In this document: positions 8,312-17,861 of the stretch, one piece after another | Numbering within the stretch: the first letter of the stretch is position 1 | Layout: the number at the start of each line of letters is the position of its first letter | Assembly (NCBI GenBank): GCA_963851265.1 | Contig: CAWKNZ010000002.1 | Span: 1-64,000 of the forward strand | Length of the DNA: 64,000 nucleotides | Direction: 5' to 3' | Origin: an uncultured Gemmatimonadales bacterium | GTDB taxonomy: Bacteria; Gemmatimonadota; Gemmatimonadetes; Gemmatimonadales; Gemmatimonadaceae | Made by a program: the position numbers and the translations under genes | Notes under the pieces: generated by a model | Told to the model about the DNA's origin: nothing | What the model saw: the letters and a program-made list of their open reading frames with translations, nothing else | Databases searched by the model: none

Positions 8312-10507
8312 ATGCCGATCCGACCGCCCCGCCGCCTGCCGCTCGCGCTGACCGCGGTGTGCGCACCGTTGTGCGCCCTGCTCATCGCCACCGATGCCCG
8401 TTGTGGCGCGGCCGTCGCGGCTCGCGCCGACCGTGGCGCGCCGCCCCCCGACTCCGCCACCGTGCGCCGCACCGCCGACCTCGTCCGCCTCGGGCGGGAC
8501 GTGGAGCGGGCCGCCCTCGGTCCGGACGGCCGTCCCGACCCCACGCACGCCGATTCGGCGCGGCGGAGCTACCTCGCCGCCGCCGCGCTCGTGCCCGAGG
8601 TCGGTGATTGGCTGCGACTGCGTGCCGCCGGCGTGACGACTGACGCCGGGCAGCGCGCCGCGTTCCTCCGCAATCTCGCCGTACCCGCCGCGCGCGAGCG
8701 CGCGCCGCTCGTCGCCGCCGTCGCCCGCGCCCGCGCGGGCGACCTCGCCGGCGCGGCCGCCGCACTCGATTCGCTCGGTCGCCCGGCCCAGGCGCTCGGC
8801 GTCCGCTTGCAGGGCGCGACCGACCCCGACGCGCGGCGCGCCGTGCGCCGCGCGCTCCTCGATCTTCTGCCGAGCACGACCGACACCCTGGCGACGCCGG
8901 GGCCCGCATCCGCCGCCGGCGTCGCGGAAGCGCCGCGCGAGCGGGCGCGGGCGGCCGCCGTGCTGCTCGACAGCGCCTTCGCGGGCGACGTCGCCGCCCC
9001 GCTCGCGCCCGCGGAGCGCCTGCGCGTCGCGCGCGCGCTCGCCGACGTGCGCGACCAGCCCACGCTCCGGCGCGCCGCCGCGGCGTTCGCCGCGGCGCGG
9101 AGCGCGCCCGACGCCCCCACCACCCCCGCCGACCGCTTCACCGAGGCGGGCGTCCTCGCCCGTCTCGGGCGGTGGCGCGAGGCGGCCGCGCTGTACGCCG
9201 CGCTCCAGGGCGCGCCCGCGCCGCTCGGCCCGTCGGCGGCGTACGAGCGTGCGCACGCCCTCGTGCGGGCGGGCGACGCGACGGCCGCGCGCTCCGCGCT
9301 CCGCGCGCTGGCCGACGCGTCCACTGCCTCCGGCGCCGCGGACACCGCGGCCGCCGCTGCCCGCTTCCTCCTCGCCGAACTCACGGCGGACGACGGGCGG
9401 GAGGCCGAGGCGCGCGCGGAGTACCTGCGCGTGGCGCGCGAGCAGCCGAACTCGCGGTGGGCGCCGCTCGCGCGGTTTCGCGCGGGGGTGATCGCGCTCG
9501 CGAGCGGCAACGCCCGCGCTGCGGGGGCCGACTTCGACAGCGCCGGCACCGGCGCCGGGCTGCGCGACAGCACGCCCGACGCGGCGTCGGTGGCGTCGAC
9601 CTCGCCAGCCGCAGCGTCCGTCGCCGCCGCGTACTGGGCAGGGCGGGCGTGGGCCGCGGCGGGCGACAGCGCGCAGGCGCGTGCGCGCTGGGCGCTCGCG
9701 CTCGCGCGTGACCCCGCGTCGTACTACGCCTGGCGCGCCGCGGTGCGACTCGGCCGGCCCTGGACGCCCACCGCTGCCGGCCCGGGCGGAACGCCGCCCA
9801 TCCCCGTCGACCCGGCCGCCGAGGCTGCCGGACGCCGCGCTGCACTGCTGGAGCGCATCGGCCTGACGCCCGAGGCGGGGTACGAGCGCGACTACCTCAT
9901 CCGCCGGGCCGGCGACGCGCCCGACGCCCTCCTCGCTGCCGCACACGCGCTCGCCACCGGGCCGCGGCCCGGCGCGGGCATCCGTCTGGCCGCGCGCGCG
10001 GTGGAGCGTGGCGCCGCGCGTACCCCGAGCGTGTGGCGGCTCCTGGACCCGCTGTTCTACGCCGACGCGCTCCGACGATCGGCTGTGGCCGCGGGGGTCG
10101 ATCCCGCGCTCGCGGCTGGGGTGATCCGTCAGGAGTCCAACTTCACCGCCGACGCCGTCTCGCCCGTGGGCGCGCGCGGCTTGATGCAGCTCATGCCCGA
10201 GGTGGGGCGGGCGCTCTGGCGCGGCGAGGGCGCGCGCGCGTGGTCGCCCGACCTGCTCTTCGCGCCCGAGGTCAACCTCGCGCTCGGGATGCGGCACCTC
10301 GCGGCCGGGCTGCGGGGCTACCCCGACCCGGCGTACGCGCTCGCCGCGTACAACGCCGGCGGGGCGCGCGTCACGCGCTGGCGCCGGCAACCCGGCGCCG
10401 ACGATCCCGAGCTGTTCGTCGAGCGCATCCCCTACGCCGAAACCCGGGACTACGTTCGCATCGTACTGCGCAATCGGGAGCTCTACCGCGCGCTCTACGG
10501 GCTGTAA
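8312..10507 (+). CDS. Soluble lytic transglycosylase (Slt-like, TPR-rich)
   Basis: IRQESNF, GARGLMQLMP, ALAAYNAG, IPYAETRDYV motifs. Confidence 0.92.
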   Translation: MPIRPPRRLPLALTAVCAPLCALLIATDARCGAAVAARADRGAPPPDSATVRRTADLVRLGRDVERAALGPDGRPDPTHADSARRSYLAAAALVPEVGDWLRLRAAGVTTDAGQRAAFLRNLAVPAARERAPLVAAVARARAGDLAGAAAALDSLGRPAQALGVRLQGATDPDARRAVRRALLDLLPSTTDTLATPGPASAAGVAEAPRERARAAAVLLDSAFAGDVAAPLAPAERLRVARALADVRDQPTLRRAAAAFAAARSAPDAPTTPADRFTEAGVLARLGRWREAAALYAALQGAPAPLGPSAAYERAHALVRAGDATAARSALRALADASTASGAADTAAAAARFLLAELTADDGREAEARAEYLRVAREQPNSRWAPLARFRAGVIALASGNARAAGADFDSAGTGAGLRDSTPDAASVASTSPAAASVAAAYWAGRAWAAAGDSAQARARWALALARDPASYYAWRAAVRLGRPWTPTAAGPGGTPPIPVDPAAEAAGRRAALLERIGLTPEAGYERDYLIRRAGDAPDALLAAAHALATGPRPGAGIRLAARAVERGAARTPSVWRLLDPLFYADALRRSAVAAGVDPALAAGVIRQESNFTADAVSPVGARGLMQLMPEVGRALWRGEGARAWSPDLLFAPEVNLALGMRHLAAGLRGYPDPAYALAAYNAGGARVTRWRRQPGADDPELFVERIPYAETRDYVRIVLRNRELYRALYGL

Positions 10508-10566
10508 CCGCCTACGCGGCGCGGCGCGCCACCCCTCTCCACGTCTCCTTCCCGGAAGCCGCCCTC

Positions 10567-11196
10567 ATGCCCGCTTCACACCGCGCCGTACGCGGCACAG
10601 TCGCGCTCGTCCTTCTCGCCGCCGCGTGCGGCCGCAACGCCGAGCGACGGGCGGCCGACGCGCAGGAAGCGCAAGTCGACAGCCTCGCGCGGCAGGCCGC
10701 GCGGCTCGCCACGGGCGACGGCTCGCCGGCCGAGCGGGCGCGGGTCGACGGCCGTGTAGGGCTGCCACAGGTGGCGGCGGGCGATTCGATGCGCATCGCG
10801 AGCACCGACGGCGCCGTCGTCTACACGCTCGCCCGCGACACCGTGCGCATGCAGCTCGGCGACAGCGTCGTCCGCCACGTGCGGCAGGAGGTGAACGCGG
10901 GCGCCGATTCCGCATCGGGCACCTTCGCCGGCTTCATCAAGAGCACCGTGGCTGGTGCGGTCGGATCGGCGATGGGCTTCGTGATGAAGACGCCCGTGCG
11001 CGACATCAAATCGGCCACGTACGACAACGGCGAGCTGCGCATCGAGTCGCGCGGCGGCATGATGCGCAATGGCACGTTCAGCGTCGGTCGCAAGGACGAC
11101 ACCCGCGGCGGCGACCACACCGCGTTCGCGCGCGCCGACGCCGAGCGGTTCATCGCCGCGATCGACGCGCGTCGGCGCGCGCTCGGGGTGCGGTAG
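10567..11196 (+). CDS. Hypothetical lipoprotein
   Basis: VLLAAACG lipobox. Confidence 0.65.
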   Translation: MPASHRAVRGTVALVLLAAACGRNAERRAADAQEAQVDSLARQAARLATGDGSPAERARVDGRVGLPQVAAGDSMRIASTDGAVVYTLARDTVRMQLGDSVVRHVRQEVNAGADSASGTFAGFIKSTVAGAVGSAMGFVMKTPVRDIKSATYDNGELRIESRGGMMRNGTFSVGRKDDTRGGDHTAFARADAERFIAAIDARRRALGVR

Positions 11197-11200
11197 GAAC

Positions 11201-11240
11201 GCGGGGGTACGCCTAACGCCAGCGTTAGGCGTACCCCCGC
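11201..11240. terminator. Perfect 19-bp inverted repeat between convergent genes (terminator/REP-like)
   Basis: GCGGGGGTACGCCTAACGC-CA-GCGTTAGGCGTACCCCCGC. Confidence 0.7.
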
Positions 11241-11246
11241 CGCGCG

Positions 11247-11558
11247 TCAGGTGCGCTCCGGCGTACTCGTCATCCGCGTGACGATGACGCTGTACGGGTC
11301 GGCCTGCAGGTCCTGGACGGCCTCGTCCATCGCCGTGAAATGCGGCGTCGCCATGTGCCGTTTGAGCGCGGCCTCGTCGGTCCACGACTCGTGGAACATC
11401 AAGAACGCCGGCTGGTCGACGCTCTGGTGCAGGTCGTAATAGATGTTGTCGGGCTCGGCCCGGGTGGGGGCGATCATCTTCAGGAGTTCCGCCTTGAGCG
11501 CCTCCTCCTTTCCGGCTTTCGCCGTGAAGCGTGCGAACACGACGAGCGGGTCGGCCAT
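11247..11558 (-). CDS. ABM-family (putative quinol) monooxygenase
   Basis: PTRAEPDNIYYDLHQ...FHESW...HMATPHF. Confidence 0.88.
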   Translation of the reverse strand: MADPLVVFARFTAKAGKEEALKAELLKMIAPTRAEPDNIYYDLHQSVDQPAFLMFHESWTDEAALKRHMATPHFTAMDEAVQDLQADPYSVIVTRMTSTPERT

Positions 11559-11806
11559 GTGGGGTACCTCGGTCGGGCGTGAGAGGGAGCGGCCCACCCA
11601 ACGCGCGGCCGGTGCCGGTCACGCGCGTCGTCCGGTGTGGGGAGTGGGCCCGGGTTCCGGCGGCGCCCACGCGAGATCCGTGCGCCCCGGCCCGTGTCGC
11701 CGCGGGTCCTGGGACTCCTGCGCGACCGGCCCGTCGGCACGACAGATTTCCATCTGGCTACCGCCGGCTACCGCGTGTGTGTCTCCTCCTCCCTCCCTGC
11801 CCGTCC

Positions 11807-12430
11807 ATGACGTCTCGCTCCCCGCTCCCGCGACTCGCCGAGCACCCGAGTGTCGCGCACGAGGCAGCGATCCTCCGCAACCTCGCCGCGCGGACCGGCC
11901 ACCCGCTCGACCACTGGCTGGCCCAGCTCGCGCACAGCGGTGAGACCGAGGCGCGCGCCCGCGCGCGGTGGCTGCAGACCGCGTGCGGGCTGGGGCGTGA
12001 CACGGCGCGCGTGATCGTCGCGCAGGCGCGCGGTGGGGACGCGGAGCCGGACGCGACGGCGTCGGACGCCCCGGTGGATGCCTTGGCGCGCCTGTTCAGC
12101 GGCCCCCGCGCGGCGCTCCGGCCGGTGGCGGATGCCGTCCTCGCCGCCGCGGCCGCGCTCGGCCCCGACGTCGTGATCACGCCGGGCGCGACGATCGTCC
12201 CCATCCGGCGGCGCCACGTCTTCGCCCAGATCCGGCCGGCGAGCCGCACCCGCGTCGACGTCGGGCTGGCGTTGCGCGCCCACCCCGGGCCACTGCCCGA
12301 CCGACTCGTCGACACGGGCGGCGCCGCGAAGGGCGACCGGATCACGCACCGCATCGCGATCGCGAGCGTCGACGCGGTGGACGACGAGGTGCGCGCGTGG
12401 CTGTCGGTCGCGTACGCGCTCGACGCCTGA
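11807..12430 (+). CDS. DUF4287/DUF5655 domain protein
   Basis: NLAARTGHPLDHW; FAQI...RVDVGLAL...RITHRI...VDDEVRAWL..AY. Confidence 0.75.
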   Translation: MTSRSPLPRLAEHPSVAHEAAILRNLAARTGHPLDHWLAQLAHSGETEARARARWLQTACGLGRDTARVIVAQARGGDAEPDATASDAPVDALARLFSGPRAALRPVADAVLAAAAALGPDVVITPGATIVPIRRRHVFAQIRPASRTRVDVGLALRAHPGPLPDRLVDTGGAAKGDRITHRIAIASVDAVDDEVRAWLSVAYALDA

Positions 12431-12467
12431 CGCACCCACCGCGGCCACCGCTGGCCGGCGTCACGAC

Positions 12468-13292
12468 ATGCTCCGCCTGACGAACGCGCGGGTCACGCTG
12501 CCCGACGGTCGCGACGCCGAGCGCTACCCGTTCGACGTCGCCGCCGTGCGCGCGCTCGCCTCCCTTTCGACGGGGCTCGTCTTCGACCGCCCGGTGACGT
12601 GCTTCGTCGGCGAGAACGGCTCGGGCAAGAGCACGCTGCTTGAGGGGCTCGCCGTCGCGGCGGGGTTGCCGGCGGTGGGGAGCGACGACCTGCCGCGCGA
12701 CCCGACCCTCGCGCCGGCCCGCGCGCTCGCCCGGCGATTGAAGCTGTCGTGGGCGCTCAAGGCCGACCGCGGGTTCTTTCTTCGGGCGGAGGACTTCTTC
12801 GGCTTCGCCAAGCGCCTCGCCCGCGAGCGGGCCGAGATGCAGCAGGAGCTCGCCGACCTCGACGTGGAGTACGCGGCGGCGGACCGCTCGCCCCACGCGC
12901 TCCACCTCGCCCAGGGCCCGCTCCGCTCCTCGCTGGGCGACATGACGAGGCGCTACGGCGAGGACCTCGACGCGCGTTCGCACGGCGAGAGCTTCCTGAC
13001 GCTCTTCCACGCGCGTCTGGTGCCCGACGGCCTGTTCATGCTCGACGAACCCGAGTCGGCGCTCTCGCCCCAGCGGCAACTCGGGCTCTTGGCGATGATG
13101 AAGGACTACGTGGGGCGGGGCGCGCAGTTCGTCGTCGCCACCCACGCGCCCATCCTGCTCGCCTACCCCGACGCGCGCCTCTACAGCTTCGACGAACACC
13201 CGCCGCGAGCGGCCGCGTTCGACGACCTCGAGCACGTGCGGCTCACGCGGGATTTTCTGGCGGCGCCTGAACGGTTCTTGCGACATCTCTGA
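12468..13292 (+). CDS. Predicted ABC-type/AAA ATPase (COG3910-like)
   Basis: GENGSGKS Walker A, SHGESF, LDEPESALSPQRQ, ATH. Confidence 0.9.
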   Translation: MLRLTNARVTLPDGRDAERYPFDVAAVRALASLSTGLVFDRPVTCFVGENGSGKSTLLEGLAVAAGLPAVGSDDLPRDPTLAPARALARRLKLSWALKADRGFFLRAEDFFGFAKRLARERAEMQQELADLDVEYAAADRSPHALHLAQGPLRSSLGDMTRRYGEDLDARSHGESFLTLFHARLVPDGLFMLDEPESALSPQRQLGLLAMMKDYVGRGAQFVVATHAPILLAYPDARLYSFDEHPPRAAAFDDLEHVRLTRDFLAAPERFLRHL

Positions 13293-13342
13293 GGCCATCA
13301 CCCCACGGCAGAGGCTGCCGTGGGATTCCTCAGCCCGCATCC

Positions 13343-13969
13343 ATGTTCTGGAATCTCTCGCGCACCACGCTCCTCGCGGCGGCAGGCACCGCGTTCGTCG
13401 CCGTGGCCGCCCACGCCCAAACGGCCGCCACCGCCGCGCGTTACGACGTGCGCTCCCCCGCGATGCCGCACGCCGGCTTCACGCTCACCAGCGCCGACGT
13501 TCCGGGCGGCCGACTCACGGCGAAGCAGGAGGCGAACACCTTCGGCTGCAGCGGGCAGAACGTGTCGCCCGCGCTCGCCTGGCGCGGCGCTCCCGCGGGC
13601 ACCAAGAGCTTCGCGGTCACCGTCTTCGACCCCGACGCGCCCACGGGCAGCGGGTTCTGGCACTGGGTGGTCTACAACATCCCGGGCGCGACGACCTCGC
13701 TTCCGGCCGGCGCGGGTGGGCCCCAGAGTGGCAGCCTTCCCGCCGGTGCGGCGCAGGCCACCACCGACTACGGCGCGCCCGGGTACGGCGGCCCGTGCCC
13801 GCCGCCGGGCGACGGGCCGCACCGCTACATCTTCACCGTGCACGCCCTCAAGGTCGACCACGTCGACGTTCCCGCCGGGGCCACGGCCGCGGTCGTCGGC
13901 TACACGCTGCACGGTAGCACGCTCGCCACGGCCAGCTTCACGGCGCGCTACGCGCGCAACGCCCAGTAG
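13343..13969 (+). CDS. YbhB/YbcL (PEBP, Raf kinase inhibitor-like) secreted protein
   Basis: DPDAPTGSGFWHW, YGGPCPP, HRYIFTVHAL; signal peptide. Confidence 0.93.
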   Translation: MFWNLSRTTLLAAAGTAFVAVAAHAQTAATAARYDVRSPAMPHAGFTLTSADVPGGRLTAKQEANTFGCSGQNVSPALAWRGAPAGTKSFAVTVFDPDAPTGSGFWHWVVYNIPGATTSLPAGAGGPQSGSLPAGAAQATTDYGAPGYGGPCPPPGDGPHRYIFTVHALKVDHVDVPAGATAAVVGYTLHGSTLATASFTARYARNAQ

Positions 13970-13987
13970 CCGGGGCGGTCGCCGGGC

Positions 13988-14911
13988 GTGAGCACGAGCC
14001 CCGTGGGCGACCGCGACGCGCACGCGGCGCGGGCGCACGCGCCGCGGTCCGTCTGGAGCGCGGCGGCCGGTCTTCCGGCCGCACCGCCGCGCACGCTCGT
14101 CCTCCTCGCCCATCCCGACGACGAGACGCTCGGATCGAGCACCCTCCTCGCCGCCCTCGGCCCCGCGGCGCACCTCGTCCACGTGACCGACGGCGCGCCG
14201 CACGCCATGGGCGACGCCGTGCATGCGGGCTGCGCCACCCGCGAGGCGTATGCGGCGTTGCGCCGGCGCGAGTTGGCCGCCGCGCTCGCCCTCGTCGGGA
14301 TGGACGCGTCGCAGTACGAATCGCTCGGCGGCATCGATCAGGAGGCGTGGCGCGACCTCGCCGGACTCGCCCGCACCGTGCGCGCGCTGGTCGAGCGGGT
14401 GCGCCCCGCGTTGCTCGTCACGCACCCTTACGAAGGCGGGCACCCCGACCACGACGCGACCGCGTTCGCCGCACACGCGGCGTGCGCGCTGCTCGCGGCC
14501 GACGGCGCCGCAGCCCCGGTCCTGCTCGAACAGACGTCGTACCACGCCGACGCTGCCGCGCCCGGCGGGCTCGCCACTGGGGCGTTTCTGCCCGCGCCGA
14601 ACGGCACGCCTGGCATCGCGCCGGATGTGACGGTCGCCCTCGACGTCGCCGAACGCGCGCGCAAGGCCGCCATGTGCGCGGCGTACGCGTCGCAGGCGCG
14701 GGTACTCGCGCAGTTCCCGATCGCGGTGGAGCGCTTCCGGCGCGCGCCGGCCTACGACTTCACCCGTCCGCCCGCCTCCGAGATCTGGTACGAACGGCTC
14801 GGCTGGGGCATGACCGCGGTCGACCTGTGCGCGGCCGCGGCCACCGCGCAGGCCGCACTCGGCGTGTCGCTCGGCGGGGAGGCGCCTGGCGGCCGGTCGC
14901 CGCACGCGTGA
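13988..14911 (+). CDS. PIG-L family deacetylase
   Basis: AHPDDE and HPDHD motifs. Confidence 0.88.
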   Translation: MSTSPVGDRDAHAARAHAPRSVWSAAAGLPAAPPRTLVLLAHPDDETLGSSTLLAALGPAAHLVHVTDGAPHAMGDAVHAGCATREAYAALRRRELAAALALVGMDASQYESLGGIDQEAWRDLAGLARTVRALVERVRPALLVTHPYEGGHPDHDATAFAAHAACALLAADGAAAPVLLEQTSYHADAAAPGGLATGAFLPAPNGTPGIAPDVTVALDVAERARKAAMCAAYASQARVLAQFPIAVERFRRAPAYDFTRPPASEIWYERLGWGMTAVDLCAAAATAQAALGVSLGGEAPGGRSPHA

Positions 14912-15978
14912 CGCTCACCGTCGTCTCGGTCGCGTACGCCTGCGCGGCGGTGCGTCCCGACACTGCGGGCGGCGCCGAACAGGTGCTCGCCACGCTCGAC
15001 CGCGCGCTCGTCTCGGCGGGCCACCGCTCGGTGGTCGTCGCGCTCGAGGACTCGCAGCCCGCGGGCACGCTCGTGCCCGTCCCGGCGCCGCGCGGCACGC
15101 TCGACGACGCGGTGCAGGTCGAGCAGCGCGGCCGCGTACGCGCCGCGCTCGTCGCCACCCTGGAACGCCTGCGACGCGACGGCACGCCCGCCGACGTGGT
15201 GCACCTGCACGGGATCGACTTCCCCGACGTGCTGCCGCCGGCCGGCGTGCCGGTGCTCGCCACGTTGCACCTGCCGCCCGCGTGGTACCCGGCCGCGGTG
15301 TGGGCGCTGCGCGGGCGCGGCGGTCCGCGTCCCGGCACGCACCTCCACTGCGTGTCCGACGCGCAGGCGCGCCGCTGCCCCCCCGAAGCCGAGCTGCTCC
15401 CGACGATTCCGAACGGGGTGCCCGTTGCCGCGAGTCCGCCCGACGTGCCCGCGCGTGACTACGCGCTCTGCCTCGGCCGCATCTGCCCCGAGAAGGGCTA
15501 CCACCTCGCTGCCGCCGCGGCCGCGCAGGTCGGGGTACCGCTCATCATCGCCGGGCAGCTGTTCGCGTACGACGCCCACCGCCGGTACTGGGAGGAGGAG
15601 CTCGCCCCGCGGCTGGGCCGCGGGCGCGCGCGCTTCATCGGTGCCGTGGCGGGCAGTGCCAAGGCGAGGCTGCTTGCCGGCGCGCGCTGCCTCGTGGTGC
15701 CGAGCGTGGCGGAGGAGACCAGCTCGCTCGTGGGCATGGAGGCGGCCGCGGCGGGCACGCCCGTGGTCGCGTTCCGGCGCGGGGCGCTCCCCGAGGTGGT
15801 CGTCGATGGCCGCACGGGCTGGCTGTGCGACGACGTGGACGGCCTCGCTCAGGGCATCGCCCGAGCGGGCCAGATCGACCCGCGCGCGTGCTGGGCGGAG
15901 GCGCGGGCGCGGTTCGACGAGCGCGTGATGAGCGCGACGTATCTCACGCGCTACGCCGAGCTGGCCGCCTTACGCTGA
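14908..15978 (+). CDS. Glycosyltransferase family 4
   Basis: GGAEQV, LGRICPEKG, EAAAAGTPVVAFRRGALPEVV; GTGA overlap with upstream stop. Confidence 0.88.
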   Translation: MTLTVVSVAYACAAVRPDTAGGAEQVLATLDRALVSAGHRSVVVALEDSQPAGTLVPVPAPRGTLDDAVQVEQRGRVRAALVATLERLRRDGTPADVVHLHGIDFPDVLPPAGVPVLATLHLPPAWYPAAVWALRGRGGPRPGTHLHCVSDAQARRCPPEAELLPTIPNGVPVAASPPDVPARDYALCLGRICPEKGYHLAAAAAAQVGVPLIIAGQLFAYDAHRRYWEEELAPRLGRGRARFIGAVAGSAKARLLAGARCLVVPSVAEETSSLVGMEAAAAGTPVVAFRRGALPEVVVDGRTGWLCDDVDGLAQGIARAGQIDPRACWAEARARFDERVMSATYLTRYAELAALR

Positions 15979-16153
15979 CCGCGCAAAGATGCCGAAACAC
16001 GCCGGACGCGACGGCATGCATACGGCAGTCACAGGTGGGTAACGCGCTACGATTAGCGAGGCGCGACACCGGGCACAGCAGGGGAGGGATGGCACGACCG
16101 GGCGGCGGATGGGGCGGGGCATCATCACACGCCAAAGCACGCCGGAGGCAGAC

Positions 16154-16648
16154 ATGCGCGAACCACAGGTCGCACGACACGACCGGAGGGCGCACGACGC
16201 GGGCGACGCGCACGAACTATTTCGTCGCTTCGCGCAGCGCACGTCGACCGCGACCGGTTCGGCCGGCGCGTTCACCCTCGCGGTCCTCACGATCGTCGTC
16301 TGGGGCGTCACGGGTCCCCTCTTCCACTTCTCCGACGCCTGGCAGCTGGTCATCAACACCGGCACGACCATCATCACCTTCCTGATGGTCTTCCTGATTC
16401 AGGCCACGCAGAACCGCGACACGCGCGCGGTGCATCTGAAGCTCGACGAACTGCTGCGCGCCGTGGACGCGGCGCGCACGTCGATGATGGAGCTGGAGAA
16501 CGAGTCGGACGCGGAGCTGGACCGGATCCGCGCGGAGTTCGGCGAGTTGCGCGCCCACGCCGAGCGGGAGGTGCAGCGCGTGGCGTCGGGCGAGGCGGAG
16601 CGGCGCGAGGCCGGGCGGCGGATGGCAGACCGGGTGCGGCAGGGGTGA
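16154..16648 (+). CDS. Low-affinity iron permease family protein
   Basis: FSDAWQLVINTGTTIITFLMVFLIQATQNRD...LKLDEL. Confidence 0.9.
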   Translation: MREPQVARHDRRAHDAGDAHELFRRFAQRTSTATGSAGAFTLAVLTIVVWGVTGPLFHFSDAWQLVINTGTTIITFLMVFLIQATQNRDTRAVHLKLDELLRAVDAARTSMMELENESDAELDRIRAEFGELRAHAEREVQRVASGEAERREAGRRMADRVRQG

Positions 16649-16715
16649 GCACGGCGCGCCGCGCGCCCGTCGAGTAAGTTCGCGACGCGCGATCTCACCC
16701 GTTCATCGCTTCCTC

Positions 16716-17237
16716 ATGTCGACCGCACCCGCCGCCCCCTCGCTCGCCCAGGTCTCGCTCGGCGACCTCGGCCAGGAGCTCGCCACCACCCGCCGCGTGC
16801 TCGAGCGCGTGCCCGCCGACCAGTGGGACTGGAAGCCGCACGCCAAGTCGATGACCCTCGGCCAGCTCGCGGGGCACATCGCCAACCTGCTGCTCTGGGG
16901 CCAGCACACGCTCAGCGCGTCGGAGGTGGACTTCGCGAGCCCGCCGCCCGCGCCGCCCAAGCACGCGAACCTGGAGTCGGTGCTGGCCGCCTACGACGCC
17001 AACGTGACGGAGGTCCGCACCCTGGTCGGCGGCGCGACCGACGAGGCGCTCGCCGGCACCTACACCGTGCGGCGGGGCGAGAAGGTCATGATGGCGATGC
17101 CGCGGGCGGCGATGCTGCGCGGGTTCATCCTGAGCCACATCATCCACCATCGCGGGCAGCTCAGTGTGTACCTCCGCCTGCTCGACGTGGCCGTGCCCTC
17201 CATCTACGGCCCGTCGGCGGACGAGGGCAGCTTCTAG
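16716..17237 (+). CDS. DinB family protein
   Basis: WKPHAKSMTLGQLAGH, HIIHHRGQLSVYLR...PSIYGPSAD. Confidence 0.9.
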   Translation: MSTAPAAPSLAQVSLGDLGQELATTRRVLERVPADQWDWKPHAKSMTLGQLAGHIANLLLWGQHTLSASEVDFASPPPAPPKHANLESVLAAYDANVTEVRTLVGGATDEALAGTYTVRRGEKVMMAMPRAAMLRGFILSHIIHHRGQLSVYLRLLDVAVPSIYGPSADEGSF

Positions 17238-17267
17238 GGCGCGGGGGGCCGCCGCCCCGCCGGGCCG

Positions 17268-17726
17268 TTAGGCGGCCGCGGCGGCCAGCTGCGAGGTGCA
17301 GTGCGGGCAGCGCGTCGCGTGCCGCGACACGGTCATCGTGCAGAACGGGCACGGGACCGTGTCGGGCGTCGGCGCCGCGGGCGCGTTGTAGAGCTTGTTC
17401 ACGGCGCGCACCAGCAGGAAGATCGCGAACGCGATGAGCAGGAACGTGATGATCGTGTTGATGAACGCGCCGTAGTTGAGCGTCACGGCCCCGGCCGCCC
17501 TGGCCTCGGCGAGCGAGGCGTACGGCGGCGCGGCCTTCGTCCCGGCCTTGAGCAGGGCGTACTTGCCGCTGAAGTCCACCCCGCCGGTGATCAGCCCCAG
17601 CGGGGGCATGAGCACGTCGTCGACGAGCGATTTGCTGATCGCGCCGAACGCGCCGCCGATGATCACGCCGACGGCGAGATCGAGCACGTTGCCGCGCATC
17701 ACGAACGCCTTGAATTCCTTCCACAT
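17268..17726 (-). CDS. mscL: Large-conductance mechanosensitive channel with C-terminal Cys4 ribbon
   Basis: MWKEFKAFVMRGNVLDLAVGVIIGGAF; CPFC...CPHC tail. Confidence 0.96.
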   Translation of the reverse strand: MWKEFKAFVMRGNVLDLAVGVIIGGAFGAISKSLVDDVLMPPLGLITGGVDFSGKYALLKAGTKAAPPYASLAEARAAGAVTLNYGAFINTIITFLLIAFAIFLLVRAVNKLYNAPAAPTPDTVPCPFCTMTVSRHATRCPHCTSQLAAAAA

Positions 17727-17861
17727 GCTGGCGGCTCTCCTGCTCGGGTAGGCGCACCGCGCGCGGAGCGCGCACGACGAACTGAGCGGCAATGTTCACG
17801 GCACGGTCGTGACGCGCCAGGGGCGGCGGCCGCCCGATGATCGACCGTTAACTTCCCGCCC

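Noticed and set aside
15979..16150. Possible riboswitch upstream of the iron permease-like gene
   Set aside because: Only weak hairpins; no recognisable aptamer consensus
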